A DNA stretch of 47,226 nt from IMG/VR virus record IMGVR_UViG_2737471818_000007. One strand, 5' to 3'. Shown piece after piece: positions 38,085 through 46,758 of this stretch. The position numbers and the translations under genes were made by a program. The notes under the pieces are model-generated. The model did no database searches. It saw only the letters and a list, made by a program, of their open reading frames with translations, and was not told the origin of the DNA. Within the stretch, counting starts at the first letter, position 1, and each line of letters opens with the position of its first letter. The stretch comes from a virus (Duplodnaviria > Heunggongvirae > Uroviricota > Caudoviricetes).

Positions 38085-38831
38085 TTACTTCACAACCCTT
38101 AAATGGCTGACATTTGAACGCCAGCTATCCCAGTTAAAATTCACCCAGCGACCACCGTTCATGGCCATGCGGTCCATCACGCGTTCGCCAAGCAGCGTAT
38201 TCATCGCCGCATGGTTCAGATTCGTCAGCATCCCGACGCTGTGCATCGAGGCCGTTCTGCGATCGAATATCTGGTTCAGTGTGACCTGTTCGTTACGCGT
38301 ATCCCGCTGCATACCGATTTCATCCAGGATAAGCAGGTCAACTTCACACAACCCCTGCAAAAATTTTTCGCCTGAGTTTTTGTTGTCGTAGTTGCCGTGC
38401 AACGCCAGCATCACATCCGCCACCGTCACAACAATCACGCTGCGACCTTTCGCCAGAAGATGGTTACCAATGGCTGCTGCCAGATGATTCTTTCCGGTAC
38501 CAGGCTTACCGCTGAACACAAAATTCGTGCACCCGCTCATCAGTTCGTCTGCAATGGACTTCGCCTGGCTGAGTGCATGACGCTGTCCGTCGTTCTGCAT
38601 CTGGTAATTCGCAAACGAACATTTCTGGTGCAACGGCTGAATACCGGAACGATTCAGGAATTTTTCCACCCGCAACTGGCGATTCTGGCGGTTAATCTCC
38701 TCGCTACGTTTTCGCTCTTCTGCAAGCTGCCACTCTCTCCACTCGTCCACTGTCCGGTACCGCGCGGTTACATGCTGCGGGGCCAGCTTACGGATACGTT
38801 CAAGAACACCACCTGCCGCAATATTTTTCAT
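38085..38831 (-). CDS. DnaC-like helicase loader (IstB-type AAA+ ATPase)
   Basis: 248-aa ORF with Walker [16 protein letters not shown] and Walker B LLILDEIG; lambda P position. Confidence 0.85.
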   Translation of the reverse strand: MKNIAAGGVLERIRKLAPQHVTARYRTVDEWREWQLAEERKRSEEINRQNRQLRVEKFLNRSGIQPLHQKCSFANYQMQNDGQRHALSQAKSIADELMSGCTNFVFSGKPGTGKNHLAAAIGNHLLAKGRSVIVVTVADVMLALHGNYDNKNSGEKFLQGLCEVDLLILDEIGMQRDTRNEQVTLNQIFDRRTASMHSVGMLTNLNHAAMNTLLGERVMDRMAMNGGRWVNFNWDSWRSNVSHLRVVK

Positions 38832-38837
38832 GGCCCG

Positions 38838-39857
38838 TTACCCCCTGAACCCCGGCGGAATTTCGGTGTCCGGCTCGGAAATGTGATTCACGCAACGCTG
38901 CGCGGGACCACGCCACAGTCGAATCACCAGTTCATCCCATTTTTCACGGAGTTTTGACGGGCTCTTGATGTTTTTTATCCAGAACGGATCCCGTTGTGCC
39001 CGACTAAACATTTCGCAAATTTGCCTGTGAGTTCTGCCGTCAAGCACCCGCATCATGCGCACGTCATTGGCCCACTCTGTCCAGTTAGGTTCTTTAGGAC
39101 GCGTGATCTCGCCATCATCGCTGGCAGCCTGTTCGTAAAGACTGACAACTCGCCCCCAAATCCACTGAGCGCATGCCAAATCTTCCTGGGTTCCCCACCG
39201 ACTTTTTTTCGCACTGAACACAACCGCGTCAGGATGTCGGGTTAAAAAATCCGGTTCAGTCGTCTGCGGGTCCGGTTGCGAAGCTTCCGGACGAAAAGTG
39301 TTTTTATTCTCTGTAGTAATCTCTGTTGTATTCTCTGTAAGATCATCAGGCCATTTTGACCCGATGACATTGGGTCGTTTTGAACCAATGGAGCGTTTCA
39401 TTTTGACCTCTTCCATCGTGTCATTTTGACCTGATGGAGCGGCGCATTTTGAACCGATGGATTCGTTCAATTTGCCACCATCTAAAAGCTCGCTCCCATA
39501 GTTGATCGTGTAGAAATTGGTCATATCGCGCTTTGATTTATTGAGCTTTTCACAACGCAAAAGCCCCAGCGTTTTCAGACTTGCAAACGCGCGCTTTAAC
39601 GTTGACTCTGACCAGAATGGGAACTGTTCCAGCCATTGTTCCGTTGTGTTATAAATCCAGCGAACACCATCACATTCCATACCGGAGTTGGTATCTCTCA
39701 ACCAGTAGTGCAGTTGTTGCAAAACAATGGCTTCGTTTAAGCCGATTCTCATTGCCAGCTGCGTGTTTATAACCAGTGGGCGTTCAGCAAAAAGAAGGCT
39801 CATAATTCCATCCAGCTTTTTGTTGGTATTGCTGTCGATACGCAAGTTTGAAAGCAA
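38838..39857 (-). CDS. replication initiator (O-like) containing the origin iterons
   Basis: 339-aa ORF; N-terminus ..MSLLFAERPLVINTQLAMRIGLNEAIVLQQLHYWL typical of phage replication initiators; the true start may be the ATG at 39803. Confidence 0.75.
   Translation of the reverse strand: MLSNLRIDSNTNKKLDGIMSLLFAERPLVINTQLAMRIGLNEAIVLQQLHYWLRDTNSGMECDGVRWIYNTTEQWLEQFPFWSESTLKRAFASLKTLGLLRCEKLNKSKRDMTNFYTINYGSELLDGGKLNESIGSKCAAPSGQNDTMEEVKMKRSIGSKRPNVIGSKWPDDLTENTTEITTENKNTFRPEASQPDPQTTEPDFLTRHPDAVVFSAKKSRWGTQEDLACAQWIWGRVVSLYEQAASDDGEITRPKEPNWTEWANDVRMMRVLDGRTHRQICEMFSRAQRDPFWIKNIKSPSKLREKWDELVIRLWRGPAQRCVNHISEPDTEIPPGFRG
39350..39480. repeat. origin-like iterons inside the O-like gene
   Basis: Five to six direct repeats of the form CATTTTGA(A/C)C(C/T)(G/A)ATGG at ~22-25 bp spacing, encoding repeated SIGSK peptides; as in lambda ori. 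Confidence 0.65.
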
Positions 39858-40305
39858 TTGCTTTTTCTATAAGTTCGTCAGTTTCACGATCCACTACGGC
39901 AGGATCAGCAAAAAGCAGTCCGGACTCCACCACATCGCCATATTCTTTGTTTAACCCGGCGATCATGTACGTGATGCTTTTTCCGTCACTAATTTCACGA
40001 TACAATCTGAAATCATTAATCCGGATAGCCTCCATAATTGCAGGCACTAGCGCCGTGAACTTTTCACGCTTATCCCTGGTGTCGATAGCCTTCCAGCGTT
40101 CGAATATCTTCACTCGATTAACGCCAAGCGCTCGCTGATCAACCGCGCCACCTTCATCTGTGACACGCTGAACATCGATGTTCGGGCGCTCTTTCAAAGC
40201 CCAGAATGCTTCAGTGATTAATATCGTCGCCTGCTCCTGTGTCATTCCTAGTCGACATATCCAGGCATCCAGAGCCTCACGAGCCTGTTCAGGAGTGATT
40301 TTCAT
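39784..40305 (-). CDS. hypothetical protein at the cII position (YdaT-like?)
   Basis: 173-aa ORF between the cro-like dicC and the O-like gene; family assignment uncertain. Confidence 0.5.
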   Translation of the reverse strand: MKITPEQAREALDAWICRLGMTQEQATILITEAFWALKERPNIDVQRVTDEGGAVDQRALGVNRVKIFERWKAIDTRDKREKFTALVPAIMEAIRINDFRLYREISDGKSITYMIAGLNKEYGDVVESGLLFADPAVVDRETDELIEKAIAFKLAYRQQYQQKAGWNYEPSFC

Positions 40306-40519
40306 TGTTCAACCGCCCCGCCCGCTTCGTCTTACGATATTCGTCATAAACCTTGGGATCATACTGAAGCTCGCCGCCAGATGCCTCCTGTAGACGCATC
40401 GCGCGATCTTCGGGAACTAAATCCCCTTTCCAGCTATAAAGCGAAGCCAAACGAATACCTGCTGCTTGTGCAAGTTTTGTTTTTGAACCGAAATACAAAA
40501 GAGCGTCAGTTTTAAGCAT
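40289..40519 (-). CDS. dicC: DicC, Cro-like regulator
   Basis: 76-aa ORF MLKTDALLYFGSKTKLAQAAGIRLASLYSWKGDLVPE.. matching Qin DicC (recalled); divergent from dicA. Confidence 0.85.
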   Translation of the reverse strand: MLKTDALLYFGSKTKLAQAAGIRLASLYSWKGDLVPEDRAMRLQEASGGELQYDPKVYDEYRKTKRAGRLNNENHS

Positions 40520-40602
40520 TTAAAACACCTTGATTGTTAGCCATGACTAACAAAATAGATGTTAACAAAAACATAGTCAATACGATTTAGCATTAGCTAA
40601 CT

Positions 40603-41010
40603 ATGGATACAAAAAATTTAACTATCGGCGAACGCATTAGGTATCGTCGGAAAAACCTCAAACACACCCAAAGGTCTCTTGCTAAAGCCCTGAAAATCTC
40701 CCATGTGTCTGTATCACAATGGGAACGGGATGATAGTGAACCTACAGGGAAGAACCTTTTTGCCCTCAGCAAAGTATTGCAATGCTCACCAACATGGATT
40801 CTATTTGGCGATGAAGACAAGCAACCAACACCACCTGTTGAGAAGCCAGTTGCCTTATCTCCCAAAGAACTAGAGCTCCTTGAGCTGTTTAATGCACTGC
40901 CAGAATCAGAACAGGATACCCAGCTCGCCGAAATGCGAGCTCGAGTAAAAAACTTCAATAAACTCTTTGAAGAATTACTAAAAGCCCGTCAGCGGACAAA
41001 TAAAAGATAA
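40603..41010 (+). CDS. dicA: DicA, HTH-XRE repressor (CI-like)
   Basis: 135-aa ORF MDTKNLTIGERIRYRRKNLKHTQRSLAKALKISHVSVSQWER.. matching Qin DicA (recalled). Confidence 0.9.
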   Translation: MDTKNLTIGERIRYRRKNLKHTQRSLAKALKISHVSVSQWERDDSEPTGKNLFALSKVLQCSPTWILFGDEDKQPTPPVEKPVALSPKELELLELFNALPESEQDTQLAEMRARVKNFNKLFEELLKARQRTNKR

Positions 41011-41176
41011 CATCATCAATGAGTTATCTTTTACCACATCAATTATGTTAGTCATAACATACAAAACCACTTGACCAATATGTTAGTCATGACTAATCTT
41101 GTTTGCATCAACACACCGCACGGTGTTCTCAGCAAACCGTTCCGCTACCCCAGCGTTAAGGGGAAATGAGGTCAAC

Positions 41177-41332
41177 ATGGATACTATCGATCTTGGCAAC
41201 AACGAATCTCTGGTATACGGCGTGTTCCCAAACCAGGACGGCACGTTCACCGCAATGACGTATACCAAAAGCAAATCGTTTAAAACCGAATCTGGCGCGC
41301 GTCGCTGGCTGGAAAGAAATTCAGGTGAGTGA
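41177..41332 (+). CDS. ydfA: YdfA (DUF1391)
   Basis: Track ORF 41099..41332 trimmed to MDTIDLGNNESLVYGVFPNQDGTFTAMTYTKSKSFKTESGARRWLERNSGE (51 aa). Confidence 0.75.
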   Translation: MDTIDLGNNESLVYGVFPNQDGTFTAMTYTKSKSFKTESGARRWLERNSGE

Positions 41333-41333
41333 T

Positions 41334-41462
41334 ATGGATTTCGACGCAATCATGAAAAAGGCTTATGAAGAATACTTCGAAGGCCTTGCCGAAGGCGAAG
41401 AAGCTCTCAGCTTCGGTGAGTTTAAACAGGCGCTTTCCAGTTCGACAAAATCTATCGACTAA
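41334..41462 (+). CDS. ydfB: YdfB-like small protein (42 aa)
   Basis: ATG 2 nt after the ydfA stop; MDFDAIMKKAYEEYFEGLAEGEEALSFGEFKQALSSSTKSID; below the track cutoff. Confidence 0.6.
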   Translation: MDFDAIMKKAYEEYFEGLAEGEEALSFGEFKQALSSSTKSID

Positions 41463-41473
41463 CGGGGTTAAAG

Positions 41474-41632
41474 ATGGAATTTAAAGATTTACCTCCAGAC
41501 ACTCAGAAAATCGCCGCAGAAACACTGAAATCTCTCATTTTGAACGGGGAGACAGAAAAGGTAGAGCCAGCTAAAAAACTGGCTCAAGAAATCAGAGAAG
41601 CCTTTATTGCTCTTTATCAGTCTTCTCCATAG
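41474..41632 (+). CDS. YdfC-like small protein (52 aa)
   Basis: MEFKDLPPDTQKIAAETLKSLILNGETEKVEPAKKLAQEIREAFIALYQSSP; below the track cutoff; in-operon position. Confidence 0.5.
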   Translation: MEFKDLPPDTQKIAAETLKSLILNGETEKVEPAKKLAQEIREAFIALYQSSP

Positions 41633-42099
41633 CGGCTTGTTTTTCTTCTTTTAATATATTGCGAATTGTAATAACTGAATTAGCCGCCTCTGAAGGGGAT
41701 GACATTTTGCCAGCCCGAATTAACTCAACTGTTAAGTTCAAAGCTGCAACAGATGGATAGGTAAATGGGTTAATTAACTTGTCTGACATTTTATCCTCCA
41801 TTGAGGTTCTGAGTTAAAAATGGAGACCAACACGCAGCCACATGTGGTCATGCGCCGGACACGGATAAGAATCCGGCACTGACAGTTTACTGAAAGGATA
41901 TATCACTGAAAAATCAGGGCATAACGCGAAAGCGCACGGCGAAGTTCGTCTCACTGTACGGTGTCGTTAAATTTAATTCGACCGTGCGCTTCCGGTTGTG
42001 GCACTCCGCGAAATGGCGCGGCGGTACGTATGGCGGGGTTATTCCTTCCCCCTGTTGAGGACACCGGGTTGTCAGGTTGACCATACGCCTGAGTGACAA

Positions 42100-42175
42100 C
42101 CCCGCTGCAACAACCCATGTTGATTACCTTTTGGCGGCATCAGTTTCATTGCTGGCTGATGTCCGTCCTTTTTAA
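42100..42175 (+). ncRNA. dicF: DicF-like small RNA (divergent variant)
   Basis: Located upstream of dicB; TTTGGCGGCATCAGTTTCATTGCTGGCTGATGTCCGTCCTTTTT (hairpin plus U-run) followed by the TAAAGTGAATTTTGTGATG.. sequence that I recall flanking K-12 dicF; the core differs from K-12 dicF. Confidence 0.4.
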
Positions 42176-42356
42176 AGTGAATTTTGTGATGCGGTGAATG
42201 CGGCTCAGCGCACGCGGAACAGTTAAAAAGGCCAGTTGACTTCCGTATTGGTTCTTATGGGTGGGTTCTCTGTATCCGGCGTTAATTGTTAACTGGTTAA
42301 CGTCACCTGGAGGCACCAGGCACCGCATCACAAAATTCATTGTTGAGGACGCGATA

Positions 42357-42539
42357 ATGGAAACGTTATTACCAAACGTCAATACGTCTGAAGGTTGTTT
42401 TGAAATTGGTGTCAGAATCAGTAACCCTGTATTTACTGAAGATGCCATTAATAAGAGAAAACACGAACGGGAGCTATTAAATCAAATATGCATTGTTTCA
42501 ATGCTGGCCCGTTTACGCCTGATGCAAAAAGGACGCTGA
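42357..42539 (+). CDS. dicB: DicB cell-division inhibitor
   Basis: Track ORF 42261..42539 trimmed to the ATG at 42357 after GAGGA; METLLPNVNTSEGCFEIGVRISNPVFTEDAINKRKHERELLNQICIVSMLARLRLMQKGR. Confidence 0.9.
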   Translation: METLLPNVNTSEGCFEIGVRISNPVFTEDAINKRKHERELLNQICIVSMLARLRLMQKGR

Positions 42540-42541
42540 CA

Positions 42542-42745
42542 ATGAATACAGCATTTGCACTCGTTCTGACAGTTTTTCTTAATACAGGCGAACCAGTCGA
42601 TCTTGTTATTGGTATACATGACTCAATGAAAGAATGCATGGCTGCCGCAGCGGAACAGAAAATTCCCGGCAACTGTTATCCGGTTGATAAAGTTATTCGC
42701 ATGGACAATAACGAAATCCCGGCAGGACTTAAAACAGCACCGTAA
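42542..42745 (+). CDS. ydfD: YdfD-like protein
   Basis: Track ORF 42488..42745 trimmed to MNTAFALVLTVFLNTGEPVDLVIGIHDSMKECMAAAAEQKIPGNCYPVDKVIRMDNNEIPAGLKTAP; starts 3 nt after the dicB stop. Confidence 0.7.
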   Translation: MNTAFALVLTVFLNTGEPVDLVIGIHDSMKECMAAAAEQKIPGNCYPVDKVIRMDNNEIPAGLKTAP

Positions 42746-42825
42746 TTAATATCCGGTTTCATTTTTATATGCCAGCAATGGCAGGGATTTGTTCACCCTT
42801 AAATCTGTAATGAGGTTAAAACAAA

Positions 42826-45264
42826 ATGAGTAAAGTCTTTATTTGCGCCGCCATTCCGGACGAACAGGCAATAAAGGAAGAAGGTGCAGTCGCTGTAGCC
42901 ACTGCCATTGAAGCCGGCGACGAACGCCGCGCCCGTGCCAAATTTACCTGGCAATTCCTGGAGCAATATCCGGCTGCTCAGGACTGCGCTTATAAATTTC
43001 TTGTTTGCGAGGATAAACCCGGCATGCCCCGCCCTGCCATCAACTCCTGGGATACCGAATATATGCTGGAAAACCGCTGGGATGAAGAGTCAGCCTCTTT
43101 TGTCCCGATCGAACCAGAATCCGATCCGATGAACGTCAATTTTGACAAGCTGTCCCTTGAAGTACAGAACGCGGTCCTGGTTAAGTTCGGTACATGTGAA
43201 AACATCACCGTTGATATGGTGATTAGTGCACAGGAATTGTTGCAGGAGGACATGGCAACATTCGACGGGCATATCGTTGAGGCATTGATGAAAATGCCTG
43301 AAGTTAACGTCATGTATTCAGAACTAAAGCTGTTCGCCATCGGGTGGGTTAAACATAAATGTAAGCCGGGTGCAAAATGGCCTGAGATCCAGACAGAATT
43401 ACGCACCTGGAAAAAACGTCGCGAAGCCGAACGCAAAGAAACCGGGAAATACACGTCTGTTGTTGATCTTGCCCGCGCCAGAGTCAACCGGCAGCACACT
43501 GAAAACTCAGCAGGAAAAATCAACCCCGCCACTGCCGCCATTCGTCGCGAATACAAGCAGACATGGAAAACGCTGGATGAAGAACTGGCCTACGCTCTGT
43601 GGCCTGGCGATATTAATGCCGGAAACATTGACGGCAGCATCCATCGCTGGGCAAAAAATGAAGTTATCGACAAAGATCGCGAAGACTGGAAGCGCATTTC
43701 CGCATCAATGCGCAAACAACCCGATGCCGTCCGCTACGACCGTCAGACTATTTTTGGCCTTGTCCGTGAGCGTCCGATCGACATTCACAAAGATCCCGTG
43801 GCACTGAACAAATACATCACTGAATACCTGGCGACAAAGGGCGTGTTTGAGGATGAAGAAACAGACCAGAACACTGCTGATATTCTCCAGCCGTCAGCAG
43901 CACAAACTGATGCAGTGGAAACTGAAGTATCTGATACCCAAAAAAATGAAAGCACGCTGGAAACTGAACCATCTGTAGAGCGTGAGGGGCCGTTCTACTT
44001 CCTTTTCACCGATAAGGATGGCGAAAAATATGGTCGTGCAAACAAACTTTCTGGTCTGAATAAGGCGCTGGCTGCAGGGGCTACTGAAATCACGAAAGAA
44101 GAATATTTTGCCCGCAAAAACGGCACATACTCAGGTTCACAACAAAATACTGGTGCATCTGACACGATCGCACAACCAGAGCCGGTAAAAGTTACCGCTG
44201 ACGAAGTAAACAAAATTATGCAGGCAGCCAATATCAGCCAGCCTGACGCCAATAAGTTGCTTGCTGAATCACGTGGTGAATTTGTTGCAGGGATTAGCGA
44301 CCCGAATGATCCGAAATGGGTGAAGGGGATTGAAACCCGCGATTCAGTGAATCAGAACCAGCAAGAAACGGAACAGAACGACCAGAAAGCGGAACAAAAC
44401 AGCCCAAATGCGCAACAGGAGCCGGAAAAAGCCTGCACCGCCTGCGGTCAGACCAGCGGCGGCAACTGCCCTGATTGTGGTGCGGTGATGGGCGACGCAA
44501 CGTATCAGGAAACCTTTAATGAAGAAAATCTGGATGAATCTCAGGAAAAAGATCCGGAGGAAATGGAAGGCGCTGAACATCCACACAAGGAGAATGCTGG
44601 CAGCTATCAGGACCACGCCAGCGATAGCGAAACTAGCGAGACGGCAGATCCCTTAATTGCGGTGAACGGTCATCACGTTATCACATCCACCAGCAGAGTG
44701 TGGTACCACCTGATGATCGACCTTGAAACGATGGGTAAAAAAAGTAATGCCCCCATCGTGGTTATTGGTGCTGTGTTCTTCGATCCGCAGACCGGGGAAA
44801 TCGGGCCAACATTTTATATCGTTATCAGCCTGGTTGACGCTATGGACACGGGTGCTGTTCCTGATGGTTCCACCATCGAATGGTGGCTTGCTCAGTCCAG
44901 CGAAGCCAGATCTGCAATTTTAGTTGATCAGGTAAAACTGGTTGACGCTCTTATTCAATTTCGGGAATTCATCAATGAGTACTCGGATGAAAAATTCGTT
45001 CAGGTATGGGGCAATGGTGCAACTTTCGACAACACTATTTTACGAACCTCGTACGAACGCCTGAACATCCCCTACCCGTGGCGTTACTACAACGATCGCG
45101 ATGTACGTACAATCGTTGAACTGGGAAAAACTATCGGCTTCGATGCCAGAACAGTTATTCCATTTGAAGGCGTGCGCCACCATGCGCTGGATGATGCCCG
45201 TCACCAGGCGAAATACGTTACAGCCACGATACAAAAACTGATCCCGAATCAGGCTGATTTTTAA
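42826..45264 (+). CDS. large protein with C-terminal DEDDh 3'-5' exonuclease domain and a Cys4 zinc ribbon
   Basis: 812-aa ORF; C-terminus has Exo I (MIDLETMG), Exo II (VWGNGATFDNTIL) and Exo III (HHALDDARHQAKY) motifs; CTACGQTSGGNCPDCG zinc ribbon; sits in the recombination-module position. Confidence 0.75.
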   Translation: MSKVFICAAIPDEQAIKEEGAVAVATAIEAGDERRARAKFTWQFLEQYPAAQDCAYKFLVCEDKPGMPRPAINSWDTEYMLENRWDEESASFVPIEPESDPMNVNFDKLSLEVQNAVLVKFGTCENITVDMVISAQELLQEDMATFDGHIVEALMKMPEVNVMYSELKLFAIGWVKHKCKPGAKWPEIQTELRTWKKRREAERKETGKYTSVVDLARARVNRQHTENSAGKINPATAAIRREYKQTWKTLDEELAYALWPGDINAGNIDGSIHRWAKNEVIDKDREDWKRISASMRKQPDAVRYDRQTIFGLVRERPIDIHKDPVALNKYITEYLATKGVFEDEETDQNTADILQPSAAQTDAVETEVSDTQKNESTLETEPSVEREGPFYFLFTDKDGEKYGRANKLSGLNKALAAGATEITKEEYFARKNGTYSGSQQNTGASDTIAQPEPVKVTADEVNKIMQAANISQPDANKLLAESRGEFVAGISDPNDPKWVKGIETRDSVNQNQQETEQNDQKAEQNSPNAQQEPEKACTACGQTSGGNCPDCGAVMGDATYQETFNEENLDESQEKDPEEMEGAEHPHKENAGSYQDHASDSETSETADPLIAVNGHHVITSTSRVWYHLMIDLETMGKKSNAPIVVIGAVFFDPQTGEIGPTFYIVISLVDAMDTGAVPDGSTIEWWLAQSSEARSAILVDQVKLVDALIQFREFINEYSDEKFVQVWGNGATFDNTILRTSYERLNIPYPWRYYNDRDVRTIVELGKTIGFDARTVIPFEGVRHHALDDARHQAKYVTATIQKLIPNQADF

Positions 45265-45325
45265 TGTTCAACCGTCGCCAGTTGTAGTTGGTATTCTGCA
45301 ACTGGCGCGTTCCGGAGTGATAACC

Positions 45326-45595
45326 ATGAGCGAACAGTACCTGATAACGCTCGATGAGTGGAAACCCAAACGGTTCAGTCTCCCAATAACAAACACTACC
45401 CTGGTGAAATACGGAAAACTTGGATACATCGTACCAAGACCACAAAAAATTCGTGGACGTTGGCTGATAGATCGCCGGGCAGTATTTGTTGGACCTGGTG
45501 AAACGGGAATTGCGCCGGAAATTCATACTGGCGATGATGATGCACTGAAGGAGATTTTAACTCATGTCACCGAGGCCACGAAAAAACAGCACTGA
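45326..45595 (+). CDS. excisionase-like protein
   Basis: Track ORF 45317..45595 trimmed to MSEQYLITLDEWKPKRF..; small basic protein immediately upstream of and overlapping int. Confidence 0.6.
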   Translation: MSEQYLITLDEWKPKRFSLPITNTTLVKYGKLGYIVPRPQKIRGRWLIDRRAVFVGPGETGIAPEIHTGDDDALKEILTHVTEATKKQH

Positions 45596-46682
45596 CGTAG
45601 CCGGTCTTTACGAAAAGTTTGATCGCAGAACTGGCAGAGTTTACTACCAGTATAAAAACCCTGTGACTGGAAAATTTCACGGACTCGGAACAGACAAAGG
45701 CAAAGCTGAAAGAATCGCTTCCACAGCCAATCAGCGAATAGCTGCAGCAGAAGCCGAATATTTCATGCGCAAAATTGATGAAAGTCCATCAGCAACAAAA
45801 CGTCGGGGTATCAGATTAAAGGCATGGGTTGATCGATATCTGAAAATACAGGACACGCGACTGAAAAATGGAGATATTGCAGCTACAACTCACAAAGAAA
45901 AAACTCGAATGGCTGCATACCTGGTTTCCCGTCTGGGAAACCACCCATTGAAAGAACTGGAAGTAAGAGACTTTGCATTAATACTGGATGAGTGGCTGGA
46001 TAAAGACATGGTCAGCACAGCGAGAGTAAATCGTGGATTATGGGTTGATATTTATAAAGAAGCACAGCATGCAGGGGAAGTTCCTCCTGGATGGAATCCT
46101 CCGGAGGCTACCCGTAAACCGATCCCTAAAGTAACCAGAGCCAGACTCACCCTGGAAGACTGGCAAAAAATTTACAACGCAACGCCTGAAAAACACTTTA
46201 TCCGTAACGCAATGCTTCTTGCGATTGTTACTGGTCAGCGCCGTGATGACATTTGCCATATGCGTTTTTCAGATGTGTGGAACGAACACCTGCATATTAC
46301 CCAGGGAAAAACTGGAATGCGTCTGGCGTTACCGCTGACGCTACGCTGTGATGCCATTGGGATATCGCTAAAAGAAGTGATTGATGGATGCAGGGACAGA
46401 ATATTGAGTCCATACCTGATTCATAGTCGGCACCAAAAACAACCAAAACCAATGAGTAAAGACAACCTGAGCGATTACTTTGCCAAAGCGCGGGAGCTGG
46501 CTGGAATAATTCCACCAGCAGGAAAAACTCCGCCAACATTTCATGAACAACGTTCTCTATCAGAACGGCTGTACCGTGCACAGGGTATCGATACAAAAAC
46601 ATTACTGGGACATAAAGTCCAGGCAACCACCGATCGTTATAACGATACTCGTGGTCAGGAATGGGTTAAATTGGTTGTTTGA
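45564..46682 (+). CDS. int: tyrosine integrase (lambda Int family)
   Basis: 372-aa ORF with ATG at 45564; C-terminal catalytic region ..TLLGHKVQATTDRYNDTRGQ.. including the conserved tyrosine context. Confidence 0.9.
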   Translation: MSPRPRKNSTDVAGLYEKFDRRTGRVYYQYKNPVTGKFHGLGTDKGKAERIASTANQRIAAAEAEYFMRKIDESPSATKRRGIRLKAWVDRYLKIQDTRLKNGDIAATTHKEKTRMAAYLVSRLGNHPLKELEVRDFALILDEWLDKDMVSTARVNRGLWVDIYKEAQHAGEVPPGWNPPEATRKPIPKVTRARLTLEDWQKIYNATPEKHFIRNAMLLAIVTGQRRDDICHMRFSDVWNEHLHITQGKTGMRLALPLTLRCDAIGISLKEVIDGCRDRILSPYLIHSRHQKQPKPMSKDNLSDYFAKARELAGIIPPAGKTPPTFHEQRSLSERLYRAQGIDTKTLLGHKVQATTDRYNDTRGQEWVKLVV

Positions 46683-46727
46683 CGAAATAAATACAGCTGA
46701 AAAATGTTGATATTGCTTTGCTAGTGT

Positions 46728-46756
46728 AAAAACCCCGGCATCAACCGGGGTTCGGA
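46728..46756 (-). terminator. rho-independent terminator of the flanking minus-strand gene
   Basis: Minus strand CCCCGGTTGATGCCGGGG followed by TTTTTA, directly after the stop of ORF 46759..47226. Confidence 0.6.
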
Positions 46757-46758
46757 GA

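Noticed and set aside
41604-41801. 65-aa minus-strand ORF downstream of ydfC
   Set aside because: Antisense within the ydfABC-dicF-dicB operon and overlapping the ydfC 3' end; a real small protein cannot be excluded, but there is no supporting signal
42146-42448. 100-aa minus-strand ORF
   Set aside because: Antisense to the dicF region and the dicB start; spurious
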